Shown here piece after piece: positions 29,882 to 38,324 of a stretch of DNA of 64,000 nt. Position 1 is the first letter of the stretch. The number at the start of each line of letters is the position of its first letter. This DNA is from a virus. Position numbers and translations under genes: made by a program. Under the pieces are notes generated by a model that searched no databases, was not told the DNA's origin, and saw nothing but the letters and a program-made list of their open reading frames with translations. The stretch lies in IMG/VR virus record IMGVR_UViG_3300009144_000037. The stretch is one strand, 5' to 3'.

Positions 29882-30490
29882 ATGAACCTCGACTTCTCTT
29901 CGGTGAATTGGGGGCCGGTCGCCGGCCAGCTCATGAAGATCGGCGCACCGGTCCTCGGTACCGTCATCGGCGGTCTGCCGGGCGCGCTCGCCGGCCAGCT
30001 GATCGGATCGCTGGCCGATGCCATCGGTGCGGACCCGACGCCTGAGAGCGTGTCCTCCAAGCTGCAGGAGCCGGGTGCGCAGGAAGCAGCGCGCACCTTC
30101 GAGCAGGATAATCGGGAGCGCCTCGAGGAGCTGGCCGAGAAGACCCGTCAGGTTCAGATCGAGCAGGCGAACCTGTCGCTGCGCGCCGAGGTCACGGCGG
30201 GCGATCGGTTCCAGCGCTGGGCGCGGCCCTTCAACATGTACTGCGTCGGTGCCGTCACGCTGAGCTACGGGCTTTGCTGCGTGGCCGCCGCGGTCAACAC
30301 GATCGTCACGAAGGACCCCACCGCCCTCACCCACCTGGTGAGCGTCGGCGGCGCCCTTACGGGCGTGCTGATCCCGGCTGGCGCTGTGGCCGGCGTCACT
30401 GCCTGGCAGCAGACCAAGGAGAAGCTCGCTGGGGTCGTTCAGCGCCCGCCGCCGGCCGTCTTGGTCCCCGGAAAGGTCATCAAGAAGTAG
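29882..30490 (+). CDS. Holin, GTA 3TM-like
   Basis: APVLGTVIGG start, E...D.F...ARP motif, hydrophobic segments; follows the endolysin. Confidence 0.75.
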   Translation: MNLDFSSVNWGPVAGQLMKIGAPVLGTVIGGLPGALAGQLIGSLADAIGADPTPESVSSKLQEPGAQEAARTFEQDNRERLEELAEKTRQVQIEQANLSLRAEVTAGDRFQRWARPFNMYCVGAVTLSYGLCCVAAAVNTIVTKDPTALTHLVSVGGALTGVLIPAGAVAGVTAWQQTKEKLAGVVQRPPPAVLVPGKVIKK

Positions 30491-30500
30491 GAGCAGGCCG

Positions 30501-30914
30501 GTGAAGCAGCTGCGCTTTCGGCGCGGCAGCATGCCTGATGTCCCGCTTCATCAGCGTGATCGGGACAGCGAGCTGCTGTCACACGGCGCCTTCGATGCCC
30601 GGGGCAATCAACCCCGCATCATCGAGTTCTCGGATCTACACATGGATCTTCAAGAGATCCTGTACCGAATGGATGAGGCTCAAGTCGAGAATTTGAAGAC
30701 CGGCCTTCATATCCTCGTCCGCCTTGAGCCGGAAGACTTTGCCCGGGTTCGCGCTGCACTCAAAGCTGTCAGCGTCATCGCGGTTCTATGGAGGGTGCTG
30801 AAATGGTCGGTGGCGTCCTTCTTCGCGGGGCTCGCAGCAGTCGTTGTTGCCGGCGATCAACTTCAGAAGATCTGGGGTTGGGTCACAAATGCTCTCAAGG
30901 TGTTCAAGTCATGA
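30501..30914 (+). CDS. Membrane protein of the lysis region
   Basis: C-terminal TM segment; start may be ATG 30531. Confidence 0.6.
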   Translation: MKQLRFRRGSMPDVPLHQRDRDSELLSHGAFDARGNQPRIIEFSDLHMDLQEILYRMDEAQVENLKTGLHILVRLEPEDFARVRAALKAVSVIAVLWRVLKWSVASFFAGLAAVVVAGDQLQKIWGWVTNALKVFKS

Positions 30915-31423
30915 AGCACTGGATCACCAAGTTCGCTGTCGCCACCTTCATCTTGACCGTGGGTGGTTGCGGCGGCTGGCTCGGGTCGAAGATCCAGAAC
31001 AAGGGCTATCCTCTCTCGATCATCGAGCGCGTGAACCTCACTCCGGTGGTCAAGCCTGGTGAGGCGATCATGCTGGCTCAACACGCCGATCGAAAGGACC
31101 AGTGCGACGTCGTCGTCAAGCGCGTCATTCGTACCTCGAGCGGACAACGGATGCCGGTCAAGCAAACGTTCGAGGAGGATTTCGGACCCTTGGGCGGCGA
31201 CAAGTACCTGCTTCCCATCCCCACCGATCCCGCCGCCACGCTCGGGCCGGCAGTCATGTACTCGAAGGCCTACAGCTGGTGCTCGTGGCTCGACTACATC
31301 CAGCCGTCTGAGGCCGAGAGCTGGACGCTCAACTTCAGCTTCGCTGAAGACACGGTGCGAGAAGATCCGCCCGAGACCTTCGCGCGGATCGGCGTCAAAT
31401 CCGCCAGCGTTGGCAAGAAGTAG
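30911..31423 (+). CDS. Membrane-anchored or lipoprotein-like protein of the lysis region
   Basis: ATGA overlap; N-terminal hydrophobic segment ending VGGC. Confidence 0.65.
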   Translation: MKHWITKFAVATFILTVGGCGGWLGSKIQNKGYPLSIIERVNLTPVVKPGEAIMLAQHADRKDQCDVVVKRVIRTSSGQRMPVKQTFEEDFGPLGGDKYLLPIPTDPAATLGPAVMYSKAYSWCSWLDYIQPSEAESWTLNFSFAEDTVREDPPETFARIGVKSASVGKK

Positions 31424-31486
31424 TTCGATCTTAATCCGACAGCATTCGTCGCTATATGTGGCGGATCTCTACTCGTGGAGCCAGCG

Positions 31487-31900
31487 ATGAGCCTGACGAA
31501 GTACGACAAGGGGCTCTTCTCTGGAAGCGCCGGGATGGGTCTCGATCGTGTTCAGGCCGGTGTTCGCCTGGATGACGGCTCTTGGGCCGACGCCGTCGTC
31601 ATCCTGCGCGACCCGGTCGCCCTCACCACGGTCTACGCAGACGTCCTCATGCCGAACTGGACCAAGGTCGCCACGGTCACCAAGTCGACGCGCGCCCTGC
31701 GGATCGGCATGCCCGGCAGCGCCAGCGTCTTTGACGTCGAGTGGGTCTCCGTCCCGGCCGGCGATCCGGCGCCGAGCAACTCCCTCCCCTACGGAGAGGC
31801 CATTCTCGGTGGCGAGGACTTCCCCGCCGGCCTCCCTCTCGGAGACATCTACGCGCGCTCGGCGAGCGGCGCCGCGGTGATCGTCAAGACCGGAGCCTGA
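31487..31900 (+). CDS. Hypothetical protein (possible adaptor for the SGNH protein)
   Basis: ATG after GGAG; GCTATATG -10-like element at 31451-31458. Confidence 0.7.
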   Translation: MSLTKYDKGLFSGSAGMGLDRVQAGVRLDDGSWADAVVILRDPVALTTVYADVLMPNWTKVATVTKSTRALRIGMPGSASVFDVEWVSVPAGDPAPSNSLPYGEAILGGEDFPAGLPLGDIYARSASGAAVIVKTGA

Positions 31901-31901
31901 G

Positions 31902-33143
31902 ATGGCCAAGCTCGTCCCGATCACCGCTCGGCAGATCCGCAACTTCGCCCCTGCACGCAGCCGCTTCGGCCAGCGCATCCTGAACCGTGGTGGTTCGGGC
32001 TTCACCGGCCCCCGCACCGGGCTGACCTGGGTGGCGGCCGAGAGTGATTTCGCCTGGGCGCGCGTCCTCTACGCCAACCAGACCGGTGCCTCGATCACCA
32101 TCGACAAGACCACGCTCCAGGCCTCGGCCAGCATGGCGACGCTGGCCTGCGTGGACGAGGCCGGCGCCAACCTGCCGATGCTCCCGGCCTACGCCAACGC
32201 GGGCGGCGCGGACAGCAAGCCCGGCGAGCTGACGGGCACCGCGCTTCCGCTGGTGATCCCGGCGGGCACGGCCGCCAACGATACCAAGGCCTGGACGGAC
32301 TGGGTGAAGGTCGCGTCGCGCCCTCGAGCAGACGGCGCCTTTCGACCATTGCTGCAGGTTCGTACCTACATCGCCGGCACGACGACGCTCTACAACGAAG
32401 TCGACAAAGATGTCTGGGATGATCCGGCCGTCAACCTCGGTCGCATCATCGATCTCTTTGACGGCGGTAACGACCAGACGGGGGCCGCGAACCCGACCGC
32501 TACGATGTCCGAGGTCATCCGCTGCTACATCGCGGGTGTCGAGTTTCTCGGCCCCAAGATGGTTCAGGTCGTGCTCGGGATCGGCGACAGCGAGACAGAA
32601 GGCAACCAGTCGACTTCGGGGCGCAAGAACTTCCTGCACATCGCGACGGCGGCGCTGAGCCGGGCCAATCGCCCTGTCGCGCACATCAACTCGGGCTATT
32701 CCGCCCAGACGACGCAGCAGTTCGTCGATCGCGGGATCGGGGACATCCGCCGTTTCAATCCCTCGGTGGTCGTGTTCCCGGCCTTCAGCCCGAACGACGC
32801 CCCGACCACCATGGATCTGGCCCGCAACGGCTGGGCGAACTGCCTTCGGCTACTGCAGGCCTGCCGTGAAGCCGGCGCGATCCCGATCGTCTGGACCTCG
32901 TTCCCCATCAACGGGCGGACAGCTCTCCAGGATGCACCCCGGCAGTGGCTGAACAACCAGCTACGCGGTCTCCGGGACAACGGCGTGCTGATCGCGGACT
33001 TCGACCTCCTGATCTCAGACGGCGGGTCGCCGCCCTCGATCAAGTCGATCTTCGACAGCGGCGACGGGCTTCACCTGAAGGACGCTGGGTGGGACGCCTG
33101 CGCCGGCGTTCTCAAGCCGGTCCTGAACCAGGCTCTGGGCTAG
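31902..33143 (+). CDS. SGNH/GDSL hydrolase-domain protein (putative deacetylase)
   Basis: Blocks GDSET, NSGYSA, PND and DGLH all intact. Confidence 0.85.
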   Translation: MAKLVPITARQIRNFAPARSRFGQRILNRGGSGFTGPRTGLTWVAAESDFAWARVLYANQTGASITIDKTTLQASASMATLACVDEAGANLPMLPAYANAGGADSKPGELTGTALPLVIPAGTAANDTKAWTDWVKVASRPRADGAFRPLLQVRTYIAGTTTLYNEVDKDVWDDPAVNLGRIIDLFDGGNDQTGAANPTATMSEVIRCYIAGVEFLGPKMVQVVLGIGDSETEGNQSTSGRKNFLHIATAALSRANRPVAHINSGYSAQTTQQFVDRGIGDIRRFNPSVVVFPAFSPNDAPTTMDLARNGWANCLRLLQACREAGAIPIVWTSFPINGRTALQDAPRQWLNNQLRGLRDNGVLIADFDLLISDGGSPPSIKSIFDSGDGLHLKDAGWDACAGVLKPVLNQALG

Positions 33144-33345
33144 GCGTGTCGTGGCCGTGTGAGGCGTTGACGCTCCGCACGATCCACTCGGCCATCTCCT
33201 TCTGAACCGTCGAGCCGACGACGCGTCGGTTCGCGTCCCAGATGAAGCCGTTGCTGTAGACCCAGGGCAGCGGATGCGCGTCGACTCCGGGGCGGACAGG
33301 CAGCGGCTTGCTGCCCCGGAACGGGATGACGTCGGCGGTGCTCAT
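33112..33345 (-). CDS. Hypothetical protein
   Basis: Last gene of the leftward arm; coupled chain. Confidence 0.6.
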   Translation of the reverse strand: MSTADVIPFRGSKPLPVRPGVDAHPLPWVYSNGFIWDANRRVVGSTVQKEMAEWIVRSVNASHGHDTPSPEPGSGPA

Positions 33346-33587
33346 CGCTTGAAGTCGTCCGGCAGCTTGATCGGCAGCATGCCGAGGATGATCAGGCCGT
33401 GGACGACGGCGATCGGTTTCGCCGCATGAAGCATCATGTGAGTGACAGCCTCGGGAGCGACCTCTTCCGGGGTCCGACCTTCGCGCTCCGCCCGCTCCTT
33501 GATGTCGTCATAAAGCGGTTGGAACCAAGCTCGCCACTCCTCGCGGGTCTGTTCAGGCTGTTCAGATTGTTCGCTCATGGCCGGCAA
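33342..33587 (-). CDS. Hypothetical protein
   Basis: 4-nt overlap with the next gene. Confidence 0.6.
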   Translation of the reverse strand: MPAMSEQSEQPEQTREEWRAWFQPLYDDIKERAEREGRTPEEVAPEAVTHMMLHAAKPIAVVHGLIILGMLPIKLPDDFKR

Positions 33588-33610
33588 CCTCGCCGACCTC
33601 TAGGCGCGGG

Positions 33611-33919
33611 TCAACCTGTCACGGCGCCGTCCATCAGCGCCGCGAACGCCAGGTTGGGCGCCGCGCAGATCAGGACCTCCCGAAGCGTCCAGGTCGTGTC
33701 CCTGCCCCGCAGGAGCACCAAAGCACTGAGCACGCAGCCGGCCGCGTAGAGCCCCAAGATCGAGGGTAGGCCTTGGCGTCCGAGCGTGAAGCCTGCGATC
33801 ATGAAGACGGGGATCGTCAGCAGCCAGCTCAGGCCGCCGAAGGCCCAGGACTGCCCTTCGGTGTAGAGGCAGACACCCCACCAAGCGCCCAGCACCGCGA
33901 AGAAGATGACGAGGTTCAT
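33611..33919 (-). CDS. Multi-TM membrane protein
   Basis: About 4 hydrophobic helices; ATG 33919. Confidence 0.65.
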   Translation of the reverse strand: MNLVIFFAVLGAWWGVCLYTEGQSWAFGGLSWLLTIPVFMIAGFTLGRQGLPSILGLYAAGCVLSALVLLRGRDTTWTLREVLICAAPNLAFAALMDGAVTG

Positions 33920-33944
33920 CACGCACGGATAACCGGGGCCTCGC

Positions 33945-34226
33945 TCACTCGTCCAGGGACGGGAGCCGGGTCTTGTTCGGCTTGTGAACGGGACCGTCAT
34001 CCGCCTCGACACCAAGCGATTTCAAGCGCTCGGTGTTCTCGCGGAGGTCCTCCTGCCACATCTCGGTGAGGGCAGCGCGAATGCGCTCTCGTAGGACCCC
34101 CTGCGCCGGGCGGCCCCGGATCTCGATCTTGATGTCCTCGTCGGAAAGAGCATCCTGGATGCTCTCCCGCAATCGGGTACGCTCGAAGATCAGCTCCTTG
34201 ACCCTCTGTTGGTTCGAGAGCTTCAC
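33945..34226 (-). CDS. Hypothetical protein
   Basis: Coupled ORF with phage-like codon usage. Confidence 0.65.
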   Translation of the reverse strand: MKLSNQQRVKELIFERTRLRESIQDALSDEDIKIEIRGRPAQGVLRERIRAALTEMWQEDLRENTERLKSLGVEADDGPVHKPNKTRLPSLDE

Positions 34227-34822
34227 GACACCGCCTCCTGCGCCTGCGCCTCGGCCGACTTGTCCCGGTTCACGGCCCCCTCCGTGGTGTAGGAGAGGCC
34301 CTTGAAGCGCTCGATCAGCTTCGCGACGTTCCGCTGCACCACTCCGAGCAGCGACCAGCCGGTCGCGTTCAGGTAGAGTTGGCCGTACCAGAGCAGGTCG
34401 CCCAGCTCGTCGGCCTGGTCGGCCGGCTTCACGGGCTTGCCACAGAGGATGTCCAGCTCCTGCTGAAGGATCTCGTCGGCCTCGGTCCGCATGCCGAGGG
34501 CGGCGTGGATGCGAGCGAGGCCGGTCTCGAGGTCCGCCTGCGAGTAGTCCGAACCGGCATGCAGCTCCCGGGTGCGCTCGACCTCGGCCCGAAAGCCGGC
34601 GATGACTGGCCGGTCCTTGCCGTACATCAGGGCCTTCTTGGCGTCATCGATCAGCTTGGCGTCAGCCAGCGCTCGGGTCAGCACCGCCCGCATCACCCTC
34701 GCCGGCACCAACGTCGTGTCCGGCTTGTTCGCGGCGAGGCGGCTCACGAAATGCGAGTACCCGGCCGGGCTGCAGTGATCCTTCAGGCTGTCCTTGGTAT
34801 CGGAAGCGGTCATCGGTGCCAA
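34223..34822 (-). CDS. MazG-like nucleotide pyrophosphohydrolase
   Basis: HAALGM.TEADE...DELGDLLWY...N.AKL..R. Confidence 0.85.
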   Translation of the reverse strand: MAPMTASDTKDSLKDHCSPAGYSHFVSRLAANKPDTTLVPARVMRAVLTRALADAKLIDDAKKALMYGKDRPVIAGFRAEVERTRELHAGSDYSQADLETGLARIHAALGMRTEADEILQQELDILCGKPVKPADQADELGDLLWYGQLYLNATGWSLLGVVQRNVAKLIERFKGLSYTTEGAVNRDKSAEAQAQEAVS

Positions 34823-35186
34823 TTCCCTTGTCGTAGAACTCGATTAGAAGCATCACGCCGAAAGCGATCTGGGCTAGGTGAGGAAGACCGCTTTCGTCAT
34901 CGATGTCTTCGCCTTCTCTCCACGCATCGAGATGCCTTTGAAGGCTCTCGTAGCCGGAGGTCCAACTGCCGCCGCGGCGCCAGTTGTTCGCGGAATACTT
35001 GATTGCGCCGTAGCCGAGGGCGGCGGCGGTGTAGCGACCGAGGCTCGCCGGCACGAGCGACATGCGCAGCTTGCCGCTATTGAAGCGGAGCATCCCGCCA
35101 TCCTGCGCCAGCGTGGTACGTTCCGTACCAGTGGCTTCGGGCACGGCTTTGGGTGGCCGTTCTCGCGTGATCCAGTCTTCAGTCAT
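34662..35186 (-). CDS. DUF5664-type (dATP/dGTP diphosphohydrolase N-terminal) protein
   Basis: FNSGKLRMSLVP...YGAIKYSANNWRRG...SLQRHL.AW..GED.DDESGLPHLA. Confidence 0.85.
   Translation of the reverse strand: MTEDWITRERPPKAVPEATGTERTTLAQDGGMLRFNSGKLRMSLVPASLGRYTAAALGYGAIKYSANNWRRGGSWTSGYESLQRHLDAWREGEDIDDESGLPHLAQIAFGVMLLIEFYDKGIGTDDRFRYQGQPEGSLQPGRVLAFREPPRREQAGHDVGAGEGDAGGADPSAG
35115..35129. promoter_or_regulatory. Box A GGTACG-TTC-CGTACC inside the DUF5664 gene
   Basis: Perfect palindrome. Confidence 0.75.
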
Positions 35187-35223
35187 AGAAGTATCCTTCT
35201 ATAAGTAGTCGGGCGAAAGCGGA

Positions 35224-35823
35224 CTAATTGGCCGTGGGCGCGGCATCAGTGAAACCCTCCCTGAAGAGTTGGTAGAAGCGGCGCACCCACGACGCCGCGG
35301 CCACGTCGTCGGTGACCGGGACGATGTGGATGCCGAGCTTGTTCTCCTCGGCGACCGCGCGGTCGGCCGCATCCAGGTGCTCGAACATGAAGAGCCGCTC
35401 GTCGTAGGAGATGCGGCTGTCGAAGTCCTTGATGGCCTCGAAGGCCCAGGACGGGATGCCGAAGACCTCACCGAGCCGGTGCATCGAGCAGGCGTCGGCC
35501 GCCTGGATGCCCGGGCAGAGGTTCTTGATGGGGCGAGGGATCTCGCCGGTCCACAGCTCAGGCACGTCGTGCATCAGAGCCGCGCGCTGCCGGTGTCGGC
35601 ACGAGCCGACGACGTGGGAGAGGAGCAGGCTGTGCTGCGCGACGCTCACCGAGCGCTCGCCGGCGCCCCCGAAGCGGGCCAGGCGTGCGAGGCCGCGCCC
35701 GATCAGCGGCGGCGGCAGGTCGCTGGCCTCGAAGTGATAGGCGTCGATGCGCCGGCCGGAGCCGAAATAGACCTGCGGGCCGGGATACGGGCACGCGGCG
35801 ATCGGGGGAGACCGGTGCATCAT
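35224..35823 (-). CDS. HD-domain 5'-deoxynucleotidase-like (YfbR-type)
   Basis: RF.G...SVAQHS...ALMHDVPE..TGEIPRPIK. Confidence 0.85.
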   Translation of the reverse strand: MMHRSPPIAACPYPGPQVYFGSGRRIDAYHFEASDLPPPLIGRGLARLARFGGAGERSVSVAQHSLLLSHVVGSCRHRQRAALMHDVPELWTGEIPRPIKNLCPGIQAADACSMHRLGEVFGIPSWAFEAIKDFDSRISYDERLFMFEHLDAADRAVAEENKLGIHIVPVTDDVAAASWVRRFYQLFREGFTDAAPTAN

Positions 35824-36152
35824 CACGCGACCCCCGGGCGATTGAAGTACGCCTGGGGCGCGGCGGGGGTCTGCCGGGGCCAGGAATAGAGCTGCTGCCA
35901 CCCGTCCTTGGTGACGTGGGTCGCCATGTAGTGGGTGCCGGCGTCGTAGCGCTGGCGCGCGAGGCTGACGGCGGCGCGGTGCTTGGCCTCCCAGGGCTCG
36001 CCCACCGGCTTCTGGGCCATCAGGCGGCCTTCCCACCCCACCCGCGCGGCCGGCGGGCGCCCGGTTGGCGTTCGGACATCGTCCGGCAGTTCTGGTGGGC
36101 GCTCCGGCGCCCGGAGGCGCAGCCCAAGGCTGCGCAGCTGCTGCTCGACCAC
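35823..36152 (-). CDS. Hypothetical protein (true start may be ATG 36020)
   Basis: Fills the gap between SbcC-like and HD genes. Confidence 0.45.
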   Translation of the reverse strand: MVEQQLRSLGLRLRAPERPPELPDDVRTPTGRPPAARVGWEGRLMAQKPVGEPWEAKHRAAVSLARQRYDAGTHYMATHVTKDGWQQLYSWPRQTPAAPQAYFNRPGVA

Positions 36153-36153
36153 G

Positions 36154-38103
36154 TCAGTTCTCCAGCTTGATGACCCGCGGGCAGACCGGGGTCTTGTGGG
36201 TGATGACCAGGATCTGATGGAGCTTGCCGTCGAGCGCAGTGAGCGCGTCGTGGAGGTGCCCTGCCCTGTCGGCGTCCATGGACGCGTCCATCTCGTCGCC
36301 CATGAAGACCGGGAAGACGCCGTTGGTCAGAATGCGCCCGAGCCCCAGGCGGACGGCGAGGTTCGCGCAGACCTTCCCGGATCCCGACAGGGTGTTCAGC
36401 GGCTGGCCGTCGACTTGGATCTCGAAGTCCTCGTCCACGGCGATCCGGCCGCGGGCACCACCCGTCATCTGCGAGAGCATGTGCGAGGCGACCCGGCTGA
36501 GCGCAGGCGCGAGGTAGGTCTTGGTCTCCTGGCGCACCTCGTTGAGAGCCATCTTGCCCTGGCGCCAGCTGTCCTCCTCGCGCCGGAGATCGGTGAGCCG
36601 ATCACGGCCCTGCGCCCAGTCCGTAAAGGCGCGCTCGTAGGCGGCCTGCTGGGTGTCGTAGACGCTCACGGCGGTAAGGAGCTGCTCTGCCGCCTCGAGG
36701 CGGCCGGGAGGCGCTCCACGGCGCGCCAGGGAGAGCGCGGCGCGCGTCGCACGGGCCTGCACCGCCCAGGTCGTCAACCGGGCCTGTGCCTCGGCCTGAG
36801 CGGCCAGGAGGGCATCCCGCTGGCGAACCTGCGTGGCGAGTGCCTGGACGTCCTCACGACTCCGGCCAGCGAGCCCCAGCTCTTTCAGCGCAGCAGCGAC
36901 CTCGGAGACGTGGACGGCGCCCTTCGCCTCGGACAGCTCGCGAGACGGACGGGGGACAGCAGGAACATCCTTCAGACGTTCCCACTCGACCCGCACCGAC
37001 TCCAGGCTCCAGGTACGGATCGCTTTTTCCTCCCGGTCGAGGTCAGGCTGGGCGTAGCCTTCGAGCTGCGGGATCCCGGCCAGCTCGGCCTCGATCCGAG
37101 CGATCTCGGCGTCGGCCGTCGTGAAAGGCTTGCCACAAGGGCAGACGATCTCCGGGCTTTGCCGAAGCCGCTGGCGGTCACGCGCAAGGCCGTTGCGCCG
37201 GTTCTGCTGGTCGACCTGATCCTGCGTCACGGTGGGTTGGGGGAAGTAGCGCTCGACGAACCGCTGCCGGCTACACCACTGGTCGTAGGCGACGTAGCCG
37301 GCCTCGGCCTCGGCAAGGTCGAAGTCGTAGGTGCGCAGCCCGAGGATCTGGTCGGCCTTCTCCAACGTCGCGAGCGGGACCTCGGTGAGCGCCGGGCCGA
37401 CTACAGGCACGACCGGCTCATTGGCCAGGAAGGCCTCGCCTTGCACGATGGTCTCGCGCATCGTGCGCAGGTTCGCGATCTCCTTGCGCAGCTCGTCCGC
37501 CGGCTGGTAGCCCTCCGGCTTCACAGGGCGCACCGGCTCAGCGCCCAGGCCCGACTCCAGGCCGGCGATCTCGCGCGAGACACCGAGCGCCTGCTCGCCG
37601 CACCAACGGGCGATCTCTTCGATCGCGTCGGCGCCGATCAGGCGGTCGACCATCGCCTTGCGTTCGGTCGGCTTCATCTTCGAGAGCCGCTCGGCGTCGC
37701 CCTGGTTGGCGACGTTGGCGACGCGAAAGACGTCGAGGCCATAGCCGAGGATCTGGAGGATGCGCGCGTTCACCGGCTTGGTGCCGACCGCGAGCGTCTC
37801 GCCATTGTGGTCACTCGCCAGCGCCGCGTTCTTGACCGTGCGGGAGATCGAGTAGCGGTGCCCTCGGATGGTAATCAGACCGGAGGCCTTGAGGTGCTTG
37901 TAGTCGGCGGCAGCGCCGCGCAGCGCGGCCGAGCCGAACAGCAGGAACTCGATCATCTCGAGCGTGAGGGTCTTGCCGTTCTCGTTCGGGCCGGTGATCG
38001 CCGTCATGCCCTTCGAGAAGTCGAAGGTGCGATCGAACGCGCGGCCGAGCGGGTAGTGGTCGGTCGGCGGGAACCTAACCGTGAAACTGAGCTGCTCGAT
38101 CAT
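36154..38103 (-). CDS. SbcC/Rad50-like ATPase
   Basis: Walker A GPNENGKT, CPCG hook, LSGSGK signature, FMGDEMD Walker B, ITH. Confidence 0.9.
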   Translation of the reverse strand: MIEQLSFTVRFPPTDHYPLGRAFDRTFDFSKGMTAITGPNENGKTLTLEMIEFLLFGSAALRGAAADYKHLKASGLITIRGHRYSISRTVKNAALASDHNGETLAVGTKPVNARILQILGYGLDVFRVANVANQGDAERLSKMKPTERKAMVDRLIGADAIEEIARWCGEQALGVSREIAGLESGLGAEPVRPVKPEGYQPADELRKEIANLRTMRETIVQGEAFLANEPVVPVVGPALTEVPLATLEKADQILGLRTYDFDLAEAEAGYVAYDQWCSRQRFVERYFPQPTVTQDQVDQQNRRNGLARDRQRLRQSPEIVCPCGKPFTTADAEIARIEAELAGIPQLEGYAQPDLDREEKAIRTWSLESVRVEWERLKDVPAVPRPSRELSEAKGAVHVSEVAAALKELGLAGRSREDVQALATQVRQRDALLAAQAEAQARLTTWAVQARATRAALSLARRGAPPGRLEAAEQLLTAVSVYDTQQAAYERAFTDWAQGRDRLTDLRREEDSWRQGKMALNEVRQETKTYLAPALSRVASHMLSQMTGGARGRIAVDEDFEIQVDGQPLNTLSGSGKVCANLAVRLGLGRILTNGVFPVFMGDEMDASMDADRAGHLHDALTALDGKLHQILVITHKTPVCPRVIKLEN

Positions 38104-38296
38104 AGTGGGCCTGCAGAATGTGATGCTTTTCGAGACGACGGAAGGTATTCTTCAGTCCTTCCAGGGCATGCCAACGGAGGCTCCCTGGCTCGACAGCGCG
38201 GGTCTGATCCCAGAAGACAGCATCGCTCTCGGAGGCTGCTGCACAGAGCCAATGGAGGACAGCGTTCTCTTCGGGCGTGAACTTCACGCCTTGCAT
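38075..38296 (-). CDS. Small hypothetical protein (MQGVKFTPEENAVLHWLC...)
   Basis: Fills the 220-nt gap between the SbcD-like and SbcC-like genes. Confidence 0.45.
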   Translation of the reverse strand: MQGVKFTPEENAVLHWLCAAASESDAVFWDQTRAVEPGSLRWHALEGLKNTFRRLEKHHILQAHYDRAAQFHG

Positions 38297-38324
38297 GAGA
38301 AGTCCGAGCCCGGTGAGGAAGAAC

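Noticed and set aside
277-31437. Shared short words TCTTAATCC and TAGTTCGAT near 277-347 and 31421-31437
   Set aside because: 9-mers in different order and spacing; too short to distinguish from chance
35983-38280. 765-aa + strand ORF
   Set aside because: Antisense shadow of the SbcC-like gene; long shadow ORFs are expected at high GC3; no motifs
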